Shown: positions 40,301 to 53,100 of the stretch, one piece after another
Layout of the letters: each line of letters begins with the position of its first letter
Numbering within the stretch: position 1 is the first letter of the stretch
Assembly (NCBI RefSeq): GCF_964355755.1
Contig: NC_092673.1
Span: 35,275,648-35,339,647, forward strand
Source of the DNA: Antedon mediterranea
Lineage: Eukaryota > Animalia > Echinodermata
Reading direction: 5' to 3'
DNA: 64,000 nucleotides
Notes under the pieces: generated by a model
The model's input: only the letters and a program-made list of their open reading frames with translations
Database searches by the model: none
What the model was told of the DNA's origin: nothing
Program-made: the position numbers and the translations under genes

Positions 40301-41717
40301 ACCAATGCTGTGAGTATTACTATTATTTTGAGTAGATTCCTACATTCAAAATTGAACATGATCTTCACAAACATGACCTCTATGACATGACATGACCTCT
40401 ATGTGAACCTGCAAGAAGTAGTTATCTTCTTCATCAAGTTAATTCTTGCTCTTTCAAAGTTAAAACATGGTTAACTTTAGTTTAGCGTAATAAATTAATT
40501 CATAAGATAGAATCTTGTATGGAAACCACTTGGGATGTAAATCAGAGGGCTCTTCCTGATACTAATGATTCTGTTTTGTTTTTCTGTTTGTTTTCTTTAT
40601 GTATGGTATTGAAATAAATCAAATCAACCAATCAACATTGATTTAGTATTTCCGTACTGTTTCATCAACAACAAATTTTACATATAAACGTAAATGTATT
40701 TATTCTTTTATAAATGTATTTATTCTTTTATAAATGTATTTATTTGTCAGTAATCAAATCAAATTTCTCTTTTTCTTGCTAAATTAATCATACTGGTTTA
40801 TAATTCAAAATATAATATTTGTTTCTAATTTTCTAATTGAAGATGTCCCAGAAGCATTCCAGTCAACCCTTCATTGCCTGATTAATACGACTGATTATTG
40901 TGACGCGATACAGACAACAATGAGGGCAGCAGGCTGTACTAGTAGATGTTCATATGTTGGGGCTTGCTTAGCAGCAAGGGTGAGTTTTACAAGGATGTAG
41001 TCAGGGGTGGACCCATGGGGCTTGCTTAGCAGCAAGGGTGAGTGTTACAAGGATGTAGTCAGGAGTTGACCCATGGGGTAGCTGTTCATATGTTGGGGCT
41101 TGCTTAGCAGCAAGGGTGACTTTTTACAATGATGTAGTCAGGAGTTGACCCATGGGGGTAGCATTTTTTCACGGCTAAAACGACATTATAAACTACTTTT
41201 TGATATCTATTTTTTTGACAGACGATTAATATTGTATGTTAGCAACCTGTATTCGCCCCTGTAAAGGCCAATTTACACAGACGAGTCGTAAAAATGTACA
41301 AATATAGAATCTACTCCTTATGACCATTTACACACAATGTGGAACGGACGGGCGGTTTCCGCTTAAAATGGATACAGATCCGACTTGGGATAACCTACAC
41401 GGTTTTCACTTACCGTTAAATTGGCCTTAACTGTTTTTAATGTTTACTGTATACATAAATGAATAGGGAAGTCATATTTTGCTTCACATAGAAAATTCAT
41501 AATAAAATCTTGTCGGCCAGCCCAAAGGGTGTCTGGTATTGGGAGAGTTGACTGTATTGATAATCCTGGTCCATTATGTGGTTCAAAACTAGATTCAAAT
41601 TCACATGTTTTCTTTATATTTGTACAGAATGGAATTGAATGTATACCAGATGACTGGAAGATGAAAACCAACTGTTTTGATTCTACATTGAAAATGATGC
41701 AAGAATTATGCAAATGA
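37387..41717 (+). CDS. J1-crystallin / selenoprotein J family ADP-ribosylglycohydrolase-fold protein (Cys homolog), 7 exons
   Basis: Exons 37387-37471 (ASVIGCFIADAA), 37808-37981 (AQPLHWNYD...NPFYTLPTGRNTVYGD), 38245-38436 (FGPDSDY...LPIEGPWR), 39375-39531, 40113-40309 (ILEQYIL...NPERKNPTPLD), 40843-40979 and 41628-41717 (GIECIPDDW). These are the motifs I recall for SelJ and J1 crystallins. Confidence 0.9.
38577..39203 (+). mobile_element. Helentron-associated non-autonomous element (HINE / DINE-1-like)
   Basis: 5' ttacctccgccaaggagg subterminal repeat, (gttt)n microsatellite, 3' complementary ggcggaggta, short hairpin cactc-tcg-gagtg and a ctagtt end. This is the canonical HINE layout. Confidence 0.8.
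41262..41430. mobile_element. MITE family B (ggccaattta TIR); second copy at about 17558-17725
   Basis: aaggccaattta ... taaattggcctt ends. The interior is the reverse complement of 17560-17725. Confidence 0.7.
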
Positions 41718-42783
41718 GTATAAAGTACAAATCATGCAAATCAGCAATGCTGTTTTTTTATTAACAGGATATAATTTTAAAACCTTCATTGCAAATTCAG
41801 TTTTTGTTATATGTTAATTCTAATAATTTAAACTCTAAAAAATGAAATATCAGGGGACCTAATGAAAGCATTATCGAAAGGGGCCTTGTAGGAACCTGGT
41901 GAATTGATACTATATCTGGATGTTTTTGAATACATCCAGAACTACTGGAAGAAATTCTTTTAGCAGTCATGTTGGATTTCATGTTTATCATATGAATGTG
42001 TAAATGGCAAAATAAACTATCCTCAATGAATGTTAGTTATAGTATTTACAATGTTATACTTGCACAAACCAAATGAATATTTATATATGGGATGAATTAT
42101 GATAATTATAATTTTGAATGGGCAATCAATGTTAGTTATTATATATCACTTGTAAGAAATTTATATAATTGTTGTTGAGATATTTCAAAACTGCACCTTT
42201 TATATTAATAGTATATGAATTAAATTAGATGAAATCAATTGAAATAAAAAGCTTACTAATATACTACAGTAACAATGTTTTATTTACTATTTGTGCACAA
42301 TTTTCACAAAAAATTCATTTTTACTTAATTTTCAAGTGCGATTTATTTATCATTTTCGTTTTAGAACTAAATGATTTTTTTCAATACTAGAGCGTAAATA
42401 TTCATTTCAGAACATTTTAGAATAGAAATACTCTACTATTAATTAAATTAACTCATGATTTTACAGTTTTCTCTGGTGGTAGAATGTTATACATATGATT
42501 GCATCAAATAATTTATTGCATGGATGTTTGAGAGGGATATATAGTGCTGTTATGTGACTTTCATGTGTTGAATAAATCAAGAAAATGTTTTTTTCATAAA
42601 ATTACTCATTATTTTAACAAATTAGTACTTTGTAGGTATGGCGATTACTAAGGATTGTCCAATGACGAGATATGCTTTACTTAAGTAACATAATAGAATA
42701 AGTTTGAGAATCGCATTGTAAAGTCATTGCCCTCTGACCTTTAACCCTAAACTGACCCATTGCCTATTTGTCAATAACCTTTA

Positions 42784-45583
42784 TCACAGCATATCCTTTT
42801 CTTTATCACGTGACTCTGTCCATGCTTTTGCAATTGTTCGTTTCATTTCGTCATCGCCATCATCGTACATTTTTCTCATCATGTCCATTATGCCAGCCGA
42901 TGGATCGGCTTTATCATCGTATTTTGGCGGTGCGGACCTGTAAAATGAAATTATGATGCAACTAAAATTGTTTATTGAAGTGTAACTAATTTTCACAAAA
43001 TGTTTATCTTCCTAAGCACAACGTCGATACTGAAAATCAAGGTCAGATAGACAGATTTTGTGTTCTTTTCTTTAGCTGATTTTGTGTTATATAATTTTGT
43101 CAATAATAAAAAAATCTTGCTAAAATAAAAAAGCATTGGGTAAAATCTGAAATTTAAAAATAGAGGGCGCTGTAGAAAAAATCACTCATGCATGCAATCT
43201 CAACTAAATTTGTTTTCAACTGTAATGAATTTGCAAGTTTATTTAGTTTGCATCCATTTTTTGAAAATTAATAAGTTGACCCTACTAGTCTACAAACGCT
43301 GTACGCAACCTTTGACCTTTGACACTGCAATGATATTGTAATTAAGTGTTCTGTAATTGCACTTACTCTTTCATTAATTTTGACTTTTGTTCTGCTACAG
43401 TCAAATATTTCCATGTGATTTTTTCTGCTTTTCTTAAGAATAAAATCAGATTATCTGTTTTTATCTGAATAATAAAGAATAAACAAACAAAAATCGGTTA
43501 CTGAAATAATGTTATAATGGTGTCTAAAAACAAAGCAAATTGTCTTTATATATTTTACCTTTCTTTTTAATGAAAGTCACTTTCTTCCAGGGCCTAGAAA
43601 ATGTTTTAGTAATACAACCCTTCCTTTAAAACACACCTTAAATTGCCGGTAAACGGAAGCAGTGATGTGGGTTCGATTGGTCTGCTTTTTTCCCGTTTTT
43701 TTTTTCTTTTTGCAAATTTTTTTGTTGTTTTTAGTTTCAAGGTTTGTATTTTTCATGGTTTTCACAAGCGCCTTGAGCACTTTGTGGATACGTGCGCTCT
43801 ATAAATCATGAACAAGGGGTAATATGTGTTTCCACACTATGACCAACCCCTATTCAGGGGACACCCCTATTATGGAGGCACCTATTCTATTGCATTCATT
43901 GACTTTCCAAATGTCAATGGCTCGTATGAGTACACAACTCCTTTACACCTGTGTAGCAAATTCTCGTTACCTTAAATGATGAGTTTTCAGCATCTATGTC
44001 ATGCAGAAGGTTTGCTATATTCAACTGATGATTGCTGCCCTCTAGATTGTGAACTATCAAATCAAATGACCTGTTGAAACAAATAAAATAGGATCAACAA
44101 AAAAACATTTTCGTATTAAATATAACATTTCAGATCAAATCATTCTGTGAATGTGCACATATTTCTGAGCATGAGCAGAATGATTTTCTGAATAGACGAT
44201 TTTCATGCTACGAAAAAAACATTTTTTCAATCATACAGTTATGTAGGCTAATCTTTAAAGAACATTTTACAGTAATTTATTTTTCTCATACGACCCTCCG
44301 TTCAGGAGATACGATTTTTAATTAACATGATGTCCTGAAATCCGCTGCAAACTCAGTTATTTTTTATTTCTATGCTTGGCTGGTCACGTCATCTCTGCAA
44401 GATGGCTTCCGTAGGACGAAAATCGTCTATTGACTGTATTACAGAAAACGAAAGGCCAGCACATCACATGTTTTGAGGGTTGTATAGGTAAAACCATGAA
44501 ACAGGGGATTTCGGGGATTGGGTCATTTTTCTTCTACTTCAACTTACTTTTGAGTGTATGTGACTGTAACCTGTTCTGCTGGCACTGTATGCACTCCTTT
44601 TAGCGACACATACATTTTGACAGACTTTTCCGACTGATCCCAACCTTTGTAAATAATAATCAAATGAATGTAAAATATTTTATCAATCAGCTATAAACGT
44701 GTCTTTATTTTTGCAACGGGGAAAAAAATGTAAAAATTGGCGTCTGTATCCTTACCATAATTAGTAATCTTTTTTGCATGAAACTCTTTTTGTTTAGGTA
44801 CTTTAGGTACACTTGTTCCATCATCTTTTCCAGCCTCTGTGTTTGACAGTCGATTCATTTCAGCTTCTATCTTTTGGTTTTCCAACTTTAGCACATTCTT
44901 TACTCGTTCTCTTGTTGCCATTGACAAAAGATGCTGTATTTCTTCGGCATCTTTTTGTAACTGATAGGATAAAACTAGTTTATAGTAAAACCGTATTTAT
45001 AATATAAAGGCCTAGACTGAAGTGAAAGTAATACTAGCCTATAGGCCTAGTATAGGTAGATCAATTTATTACATTTTTCTAAATCAATACTAGAAAAATT
45101 CTACCCATCTGGACTAAGTTTTCTGTAACTAGGCCAATGGACACTACTGTAGCCAGGGCAGAGGCTAGGCCTACAAGTTATTATTTTGGAATTTGGTAAT
45201 TTCAACCTAAAGGCCCTACTAGAGGCCTAGATTATTATTATTAGGTCTACTCTACGCATAGCCTTAACAATATATGTTCAATTCCCACATGTCAACAACG
45301 AGTTTTGATATCAATGGCTCCACATCTTACTCTTAACTTTACATTGGTAAATGGGTCCAATCATCCACACCCAGCCTATGTGCTTGGACAACATTGTTTT
45401 AACCACGCATATGATCTGAAATAAACACGTGTCTAGCCTAACTATTTCGGATTTACTGCGGCCTAGCCTAAATAGTCAATATAACAACTAATTTAACACT
45501 AAATAGAACATTGAACTATTTTGGGTAATACCTAACTATCTATAAAATATTTAAAAAATGAATACGTTTTGTTTGGACGACAT
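42784..45583 (-). CDS. CACYBP: Calcyclin-binding protein / Siah-interacting protein (CS and SGS domains), 6 exons
   Basis: Exons 45566-45583 (MSSKQN), 44756-44960 ([12 protein letters not shown]...KITNYG), 44548-44644 ([12 protein letters not shown]), 43971-44070, 43367-43464 and 42784-42937 ([36 protein letters not shown] domain). Confidence 0.95.
44191..44431. mobile_element. MITE in CACYBP intron
   Basis: aatagacgattttc ... gaaaatcgtctatt perfect 14-bp TIR. Confidence 0.7.
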
Positions 45584-45764
45584 TTTAAATTAAAATTCTT
45601 CTTTTTACACGAAACAAGTTCAAGGCAAAAATTCTCGAATCATCGATTCTCTTTTTTTTAAGGTTTTTGATTTGTTTTGTGTTTTGCTGCCCTCTATTTT
45701 GATTTATTCAACAAACTTTTGTCAACAAAATCTCGGCGCCGTCCACTTACTTGCAACTGCCTTG

Positions 45765-48700
45765 TAGTGTAGGCCAGTATGTAATTTCGTGTCATTTTTT
45801 TGTTAAAAGCAAAATTCCAGCTGATTTAGTGTCTTTAGGATGTAAAGTAATGAAAAAAATATGTTGCCATTTTTTTTTAAAAAGCTTAAGGGTGTCAAAT
45901 CCAAGATGGCCGCCAATATGTAAAATATCCAATAAATGTACCATATTGGACAAAGTAACACCCATTATGAATAATATTTTAAGTTCATATGGGTTCTCTG
46001 CTATATAAGAATTAATATAAACCTATATTCATTAGTATTCTGACATTTTGAATTTCAAAATGGCCGCCATTTTTAAAAAATGGATTAAATTTCTTATTAA
46101 AACATGTGCAAGTTATGACGTTGATTGAAATCACATAAAATGATAGGCCTATGACAACAACATTGGTGATTAACACAAAATGGCGGCCATTTTGAATTTT
46201 AAAATGGCCGCAATTTTTTTTAAATGGGTTAAATTTCTTATTAAAACTTGTATAAGTTAAATAGAATTAGATTGAAATATACAAAATGATATGCTTATGA
46301 CAACAACATGGTGATTAACACAAAATGTTGACCATCAGGAGGTCTACATTACTGACAGTACACTTCTTCATATTAAAACATCTCATAAACTTCTTCAGTT
46401 AAATGACAACTAACTCTGCCAAAGTCCTTCAATGAAATATTTCTAATCTTGGATGCGATACAGTAAGTTGACCTTCCTTCGTTCTCTACTGCTGTATCCA
46501 TCAAACTTCCACAGACCTTGTTCAGAAACAAATTGGCAAAATAACTGAAATACCTCATTTCACCGGCAAATAATCTCTATAGGAGTCTTCTTTTACTTTG
46601 ATAAGTTTGTCACCTGTATTCACCGTCATATATATTTTTTGCCAATATTCGTTGTTTTCTTAGGATCCCATATAGACAGTTTGCCTTCTACAAGACTTTT
46701 ACCAATGCCTCAAACATTTTCTGTCCAATTTCATCATGCCATGGCCAACAAACACCTTTGTGCGAATTGCAGCATTCTTCATTAATCGGGATATCATCTC
46801 TCTTTAAATGTAAACTAAATTTGCCAGCTCTGATGAAATCATTAATTTGTGTTATTCCAATGATACCACGCTCAATGACCCTGATCAATTGATGTAAATC
46901 CAGCAAGTCTCACACATACATGTCCTCTCATATACATACCATACTGTATATAGGGATATAGTTTAACCACATCATTTAGATTTCGTCGACTCTCTGTATT
47001 CAAGTTAATATCTTTATGATCAGCCTCTTTCAAATAAAATGATACTTAACTTAGAATCTCTTTCTCCGTCTGCATTTGTAGAAGCAAGTTGTAGAGAGAA
47101 AGCAGAATTAGTGTTCTTTTGTCCTTTACAGATGTTTTCCATTTAAGATATTTTTGTCCCGATTTGTGTCACTAGTTGTATAGGTAATACAAGTTCAGTT
47201 TCAACAAAAGCACTTGCCTCAACACTATTTTCACAATGCTACATGTCCAACCAAAAGCCATATAGTTCACCGGGTCGACATAATAATTGCTTTTTGGTGT
47301 CATTTCTGTCCACCTCCACTCATCTCGGGTAAGAGTCATCACCAGGCATTCTTGTCTTTCCCTAGTACATGGGTTTTTATACCACAACCATGTGCACTCA
47401 TCAAACCAGTGTATAATGCTGGTCTGTCTGTAGGGGGTACATATCTAATGAAATTGGTTGAGATTGTAGAAGATGAGAAGTAGGAGTTCATTCATTTACA
47501 AGGTTATTTATAGGCAGAGCTTTATCTGTATTTCCTTCAAGCTTCTGCCAAAAGTTGATAGGTTGAAACTTACCAACCATACTGGTGACTATGGCTCTGA
47601 AGGTTCAGACATTGAATTACATAGCAATAACGCATTTATTATTTAACATATTTATACAGGATTTCACAATAAGGTATAAATGCACTTGTTTTATATTGTG
47701 GTCCTGTCTCCTGTTAAGTTTCAGTTTCATGAAAAGAAATGAGATCTGTAATTTAGAATCTATATATAAATTATGGTTAATTCTGACATAGGCGAGCACA
47801 ATGGAAAAACTTTGGAACAAATTTCTGCCTTGGATACCTACCTGAACTATCTCAGGTGTACCGCGAAATGTAAAACAGTTTTCACTATTACGATATTGTT
47901 CCATATTTCTATCTTAGGAATATATTATAAAGAGTTTTAAAACAAAATTTCTGATTCATCGGTAGATTTTCAACTCAATTTCAATTGTACGCGGTCAAAG
48001 TAATTTCCGGGTTCACGATGAGTTCACAGGTTCACCTTGCAACTACCTGGTTTCAGTAAAGTTGGTCGTTAGTGGCTATTAGCTATTTTAGTTTTTTGTT
48101 TATTTTCGGATTGAACCATGCGTGTGAAGGTACAGTAGTTAAAAAATAAAATCCCGATAGCCGAGTTTTATTGAGTAAGCTGGCAGGAATAACTGTAGGC
48201 TATCTGTGCCCCATTAGGGCCCATATTGCAAGCCGTCTAAAACATCTTCCTTCTTGGGCCGAAACGGCCTACACTGTCGCGGAAGTTAGTTTCAAAAGAT
48301 GTTTAAATTAAATAATGTATTATGATGGTATTTATTTGAATAAACGCCTCCCCAATAAAACACTTTGAATAATAATCGCCTACACCCCCTCCCCCCACCT
48401 ACCCAACTATCTAATAAACGCCCATCCACATTAATTATACACACAATATTGTATATACTATTTATAATAGAATTCATTACACTGTTAACTATAATTCACC
48501 AAGCATTTGTTATAATTTTTTACCACTTTTCATATCTATTAGAGGATTTTATTTGATTATAAATGTTACGATATTATTAAGAATAAAAAATCCCTCGAAT
48601 AAGCAACTCCCTCAAATGAACTCTGCCTCCCCACATCCCTATAAAACAATAAACACTATACTTTAAAATGTTATTAATCATCTAAGACACTGTGAAACAG

Positions 48701-49444
48701 AGTAGGTTTAGTTTTTCGAATGTCAAGCATTTTCAATAATGGTAACCGACAGAAAACGTACAAGGAGAACGTCCTTCTAAAACCTTTTTACCCGAGTCAT
48801 TATCCTTCCGAGAACCTTAGTTTACACTTCCTAGAGGGGAGCGAGCGAACTAGATGTCTAACCCTCTAGTTAGACGTAATTGTTGTTGAATATTTGATAT
48901 AAATTGTTAATTTGTTCCATACTTTTGCAACTCCAACTTTGAACGATTATTTAATTTTATAGTCATAGTGGGGTATTATATATCTGTTATAGAGGACATT
49001 GACAACTTTAGCCTTATATTTACAATTTACAATCCTGTGAGAAGTGACAATTTTAGAACATTGTGTACAAACAACAATTTATGCACACATATTAAAAAAA
49101 AATTATTTAAAGAATTTAATTTTTAGTGGCGGCCATTTTGAAATCCAAGATGGCCGACAGATTATCGCTTTACATAGTTAGGATTGTATAATGGGTACAG
49201 TAATACCATCAAAACGGACTTGTTCCACATTTATAATTTGTATTATTGATGATATTCTGATTTTTAATAGGGTTATTTGAATGTTGGCGGCCATCTTGAA
49301 TTTGGTCCTTTAAATGTCTTTTGAAAAAATGGCAACATATTTTTTTTCATTCCTTATATTATCAAGATATGAAATAAAGTCAAAGTTTGCTTTTAACAAA
49401 AAATATACACGACATTCATATAAACGACATACCAGCCTATACTA
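45765..49444. mobile_element. Non-autonomous TIR DNA transposon, Academ-like (3.68 kb)
   Basis: Imperfect long TIRs: the left end tagtgtaggccagtatg...ttttttgttaaaagcaaa...aatgaaaaaaatatgttgccatttttt...caagatggccgccaa matches the reverse complement of 49270-49444. Termini are TAG...CTA, with a 3-bp TSD ttg at 45762-45764 and 49445-49447 and several subterminal AAGATGGCCGCC/AAAATGGCGGCC motifs. Confidence 0.75.
46373..47580 (-). pseudogene. Decayed Cys/Trp-rich coding-like cargo inside the TIR element
   Basis: Successive same-strand ORF fragments (47172-47387, 46688-46906, 46373-46558) with protein-like composition, separated by stops and frameshifts. I recognise no domain. Confidence 0.4.
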
Positions 49445-50143
49445 TTGCTTATTGTGGTTTCTTTAAAAGAGTAATTTTTCATTTTAAACACTCCACTGAA
49501 TTGCTTGGTTAAATAAGTAAAATATAAAATGTGGTGTCCTCTCATAAAAAATTGTAAAAAAACAGGAAATTAGATAAGCTGAATTGAGCTTTATTCAAAG
49601 TTCTGAATTCAGTCTTTGTAAAGATGGTAGCATAGTTGGATAATCTGTTATTATATATAAAATGAAGATGACAGTACATTATTATACCATTGATTAAATA
49701 CAAGAAAAACAATTTCTTGTTCAAATCAAGCAGCTGAAACTCAATGTATCAGACGCATAAATACATAAAATTAAAAATGTGTAGCCGTTTGGTGACACAT
49801 TTGATGATACCTTGTGTGACCAATCCTGCTTAAGTAACATATTTATTTCAAATAAGTATTTCACTTAAGTCAATAAATATTAAAGGATTTCCCTTAAATG
49901 TATTTCCCTTTGACGAAGTGCGATTGGTTAATATGGCAACTTGGATATTGTGCGATGGTATTTGGTGACTATATGGTGGGCACATCAAAAGTGCTGTCTA
50001 TGTATATCCACTTCTGGTCCCATCAATATGTACTATGAATAAGTTCCTCTATTTTGAGAATTATTACAGAAAAATATCATAAGAAGTCAAAAGAGAAGCA
50101 GTCTTAATGTTTATATTTTTCTGAGAATATATTGATACATATT

Positions 50144-53100
50144 TCATTTCTTTTTCTGGTTTTTTTTCTCTGCTTGCTTTTCTTCTAATTCTCCAAGAGC
50201 TTCTAAGATTTCTCTCTTGTAGTCATCAAAGTCACCGTCAATTTCTTGGATGTCTTGGTCTTCTACTATCCATAATTGACAGCTAGTCTCAAGAATAAGA
50301 CGAGCGTCGTGGCTCACTATAATCACACCTGAAAATAAAATAATTTATTAAGCTTGGGGGTTCTTTTTTCATCCAACAGCGAGATACAATATGTATGAAC
50401 TATAATTTTAGACCAAGTATTTTTTAAATGGTTGCTAACCTCCAGAATAATCATTAATGGCATCTCCAAGAGCATCTATAGATTCAATATCCAGGTTGTT
50501 TGTAGGTTCATCCTATAAAGAAATAGATAAATAAGTTAGTATGCATGCTGTTAACGCTCACATATCAACAAAAGAATCTTTTAAAAACATTGAGGCTGAT
50601 TTTCTATTTGCTTTTTTACAAAATACAACAAATTGGGATAGAGTTATAGTTTATTGTAATTTTATTGTAATAAGATGCAGCAATTCAGCCTCATTCAGGA
50701 TTGTGTTTTTGTAAAGCACAACTTACTAAAATAACAACGTCTGGTTGTCTACTGGACATGTCAGCCAATGCTACTCTTGCTTTCTGACCTCCAGATAAAT
50801 CTGCTATCTTGATGGTGTGAGCGTGTCCAGCCAGACCAAACTGACCAAGAAGTTTCCGACAGCTCTGGTAATCTAGATTAAAATTACGCTATAAAAGAAA
50901 CAATATGATGATATTTAGAAATTTCATTTGATCTTAAATTCTTTCTTTCTGTCCTGTAGCCCACCAAAACAAAGCATATAATAATTTAAGTGAGATAGTT
51001 CCCTTAAATATTAAGTATTTCACATAAATCTATAAATATTTAAGTATTTCCCTAAAATTGTATTAAGGATGTTTCAAAGTGTGAAGAACGAATATGCCCC
51101 CTGGAGACTAGACTATATCTCCTGACTATTGTATCTGTATCTAAGCCATGATTTGAACCATGTCCTTTAAACCAGTCAATATTAGTATACTATTTACCTG
51201 CAGGTATTCAACGGGTGATTCATGCATTGTGAGTTGATCAGCTGAGTGTTGGTTGAAAACACCTATCCTAAGTCGATGGTTCTTGGTGTGACTCCCTTGC
51301 AACTTAACAATTTAAAAAAAGAAAAACGTTTAGCTGCTTTGTACATCCTTGCTCTTCAAGAATTCAACTTCACATTTTTAATCTTGATTCCCACCACGAC
51401 GCAATGCAAGAATGTGCACACAACGCAATAATGTGCGTGCAACACAAGAATGTCAGTACATTGCAAGTAATTTATACAATCCCAAGTGACAGTTGGGATG
51501 ATCCATTACTTGTGATTGGTCAATTTATTTAAATTGTGTGTGTTCTTGCACATCATTGCGTTGGGGTACTCCAGTGAGAATCAAAGAATACTCACTATTC
51601 TCTATATTTTTACCACACAAACTGTTAAAATGTTAGACACCAATAAAGCTCTGTCTACACTATTTTGACAAAAAAGTGTGATGTGCCCAAATATGGTAGT
51701 GATATGACATCATCATGTCCATATATGGGCATATCACATTTTTTGTCACATACAATTTGATAGTGTAGACATATCTTTGCGTAGTATAAAATATGAAAAT
51801 GAACTTACTGGTGATAACTCGCCACTGATTAGCTTCAGGAAAGTACTCTTTCCTACTCCATTTGGCCCTACAATTGCAACTATAAAAAACAATACAAATA
51901 TATTACATAAATACCTTAGAAATAAATAATTTTACCTTTCTTTAATTCAGTAAAACCCATTTTAAGGGACACTTCTGGGACTTAACGAAGTGTGTTTACC
52001 ATAGTGTTAAAACATATAGTTCCCATCGTTCATTCACAAGTATTTCCTTATAGTATTTTTCCATGAGAAGGGATATTCCAATTGAGGGGTTTTCCTGTAT
52101 ACATCTTTTATAGATTTAATCACACACAGACATAACAATAACACCTGACATGCATTTCTTCTATAAGGATAAATTCTATAAATTAAAAGATGTCTTACTT
52201 CTGGAGTTGAGATCAATACCGAAATCCAAGTTTTTAAATAGTAAAGGTTGGTCAGGATATCCAAATTGAACATCTACAAAAAGCCAAAACAACCAAGTTA
52301 ACAATATGAACAATCAGTGCGAGAAGAGAAGATGCAAGTCTAGTAGAATCGGTCTAATCAGTCATAAAAGGAAGCTCTGTCTGTGACAAAAAAATGTGAT
52401 GTGCCCATATATGGACATGATGATGTCATATCACTACCATATTTGGGCATATCACTACCATATTTGGGCATATCACTTTTTTTGTCAAACTAGTTTGATA
52501 GTGTAGACAGAGCTTAAGGGTACTTAATACTTACTATGTAAACCAAGAATAGGAGGGTTAAGTGGGGGTGGATTTGGAAACTTAAACTTGACTTGATATT
52601 CCCGAGGTTTCTTTAGTAATTCCACTGGTGCATCTTCTTCTCCTACTGGATCTCCTTTGCTCTTTTTTCCTTTGTTCTTCTGCATTTGTGACGTTTTGGT
52701 TTCTTTTTCAGCAGCTTTGGATGACCTTCCTCTTGACTTCAACTCTCGTAGTCGTTTCTCTTGTTTCTCGTACTCCTTCAATTGTTCCTTTTGTTTCTGT
52801 TTTAACATTTTCTTGAAAGCATCTGTTAATAAATAAAGTATCATTTTATTAAAAAATTTTATTGGTTTTAGTTACAGCTTACTGCATATTTTGCATCTTT
52901 AAGAGAGACAAGCAATAAAAAATATATAAAAACAAATGATTTTATATATATTATACATTAGGGCAAATTACCAAGGACACCAAAGCAAATTAATTCACTA
53001 GGTGACAATCCTGTTTACAGGACCAACATGTACACAAGATGCTCTAAATAAACAAGTTCCAAGTATTTGGAGTTGAAAATACTTAAATAACAACGTTGAT

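Noticed and set aside
40306-40845. In-frame split TGA (Sec) codon across the SelJ exon 5/6 junction
   Set aside because: Exon 5 ends TGC T| and the in-frame acceptor gives T+AT (Tyr). The Sec-equivalent position appears to be the preceding TGC.
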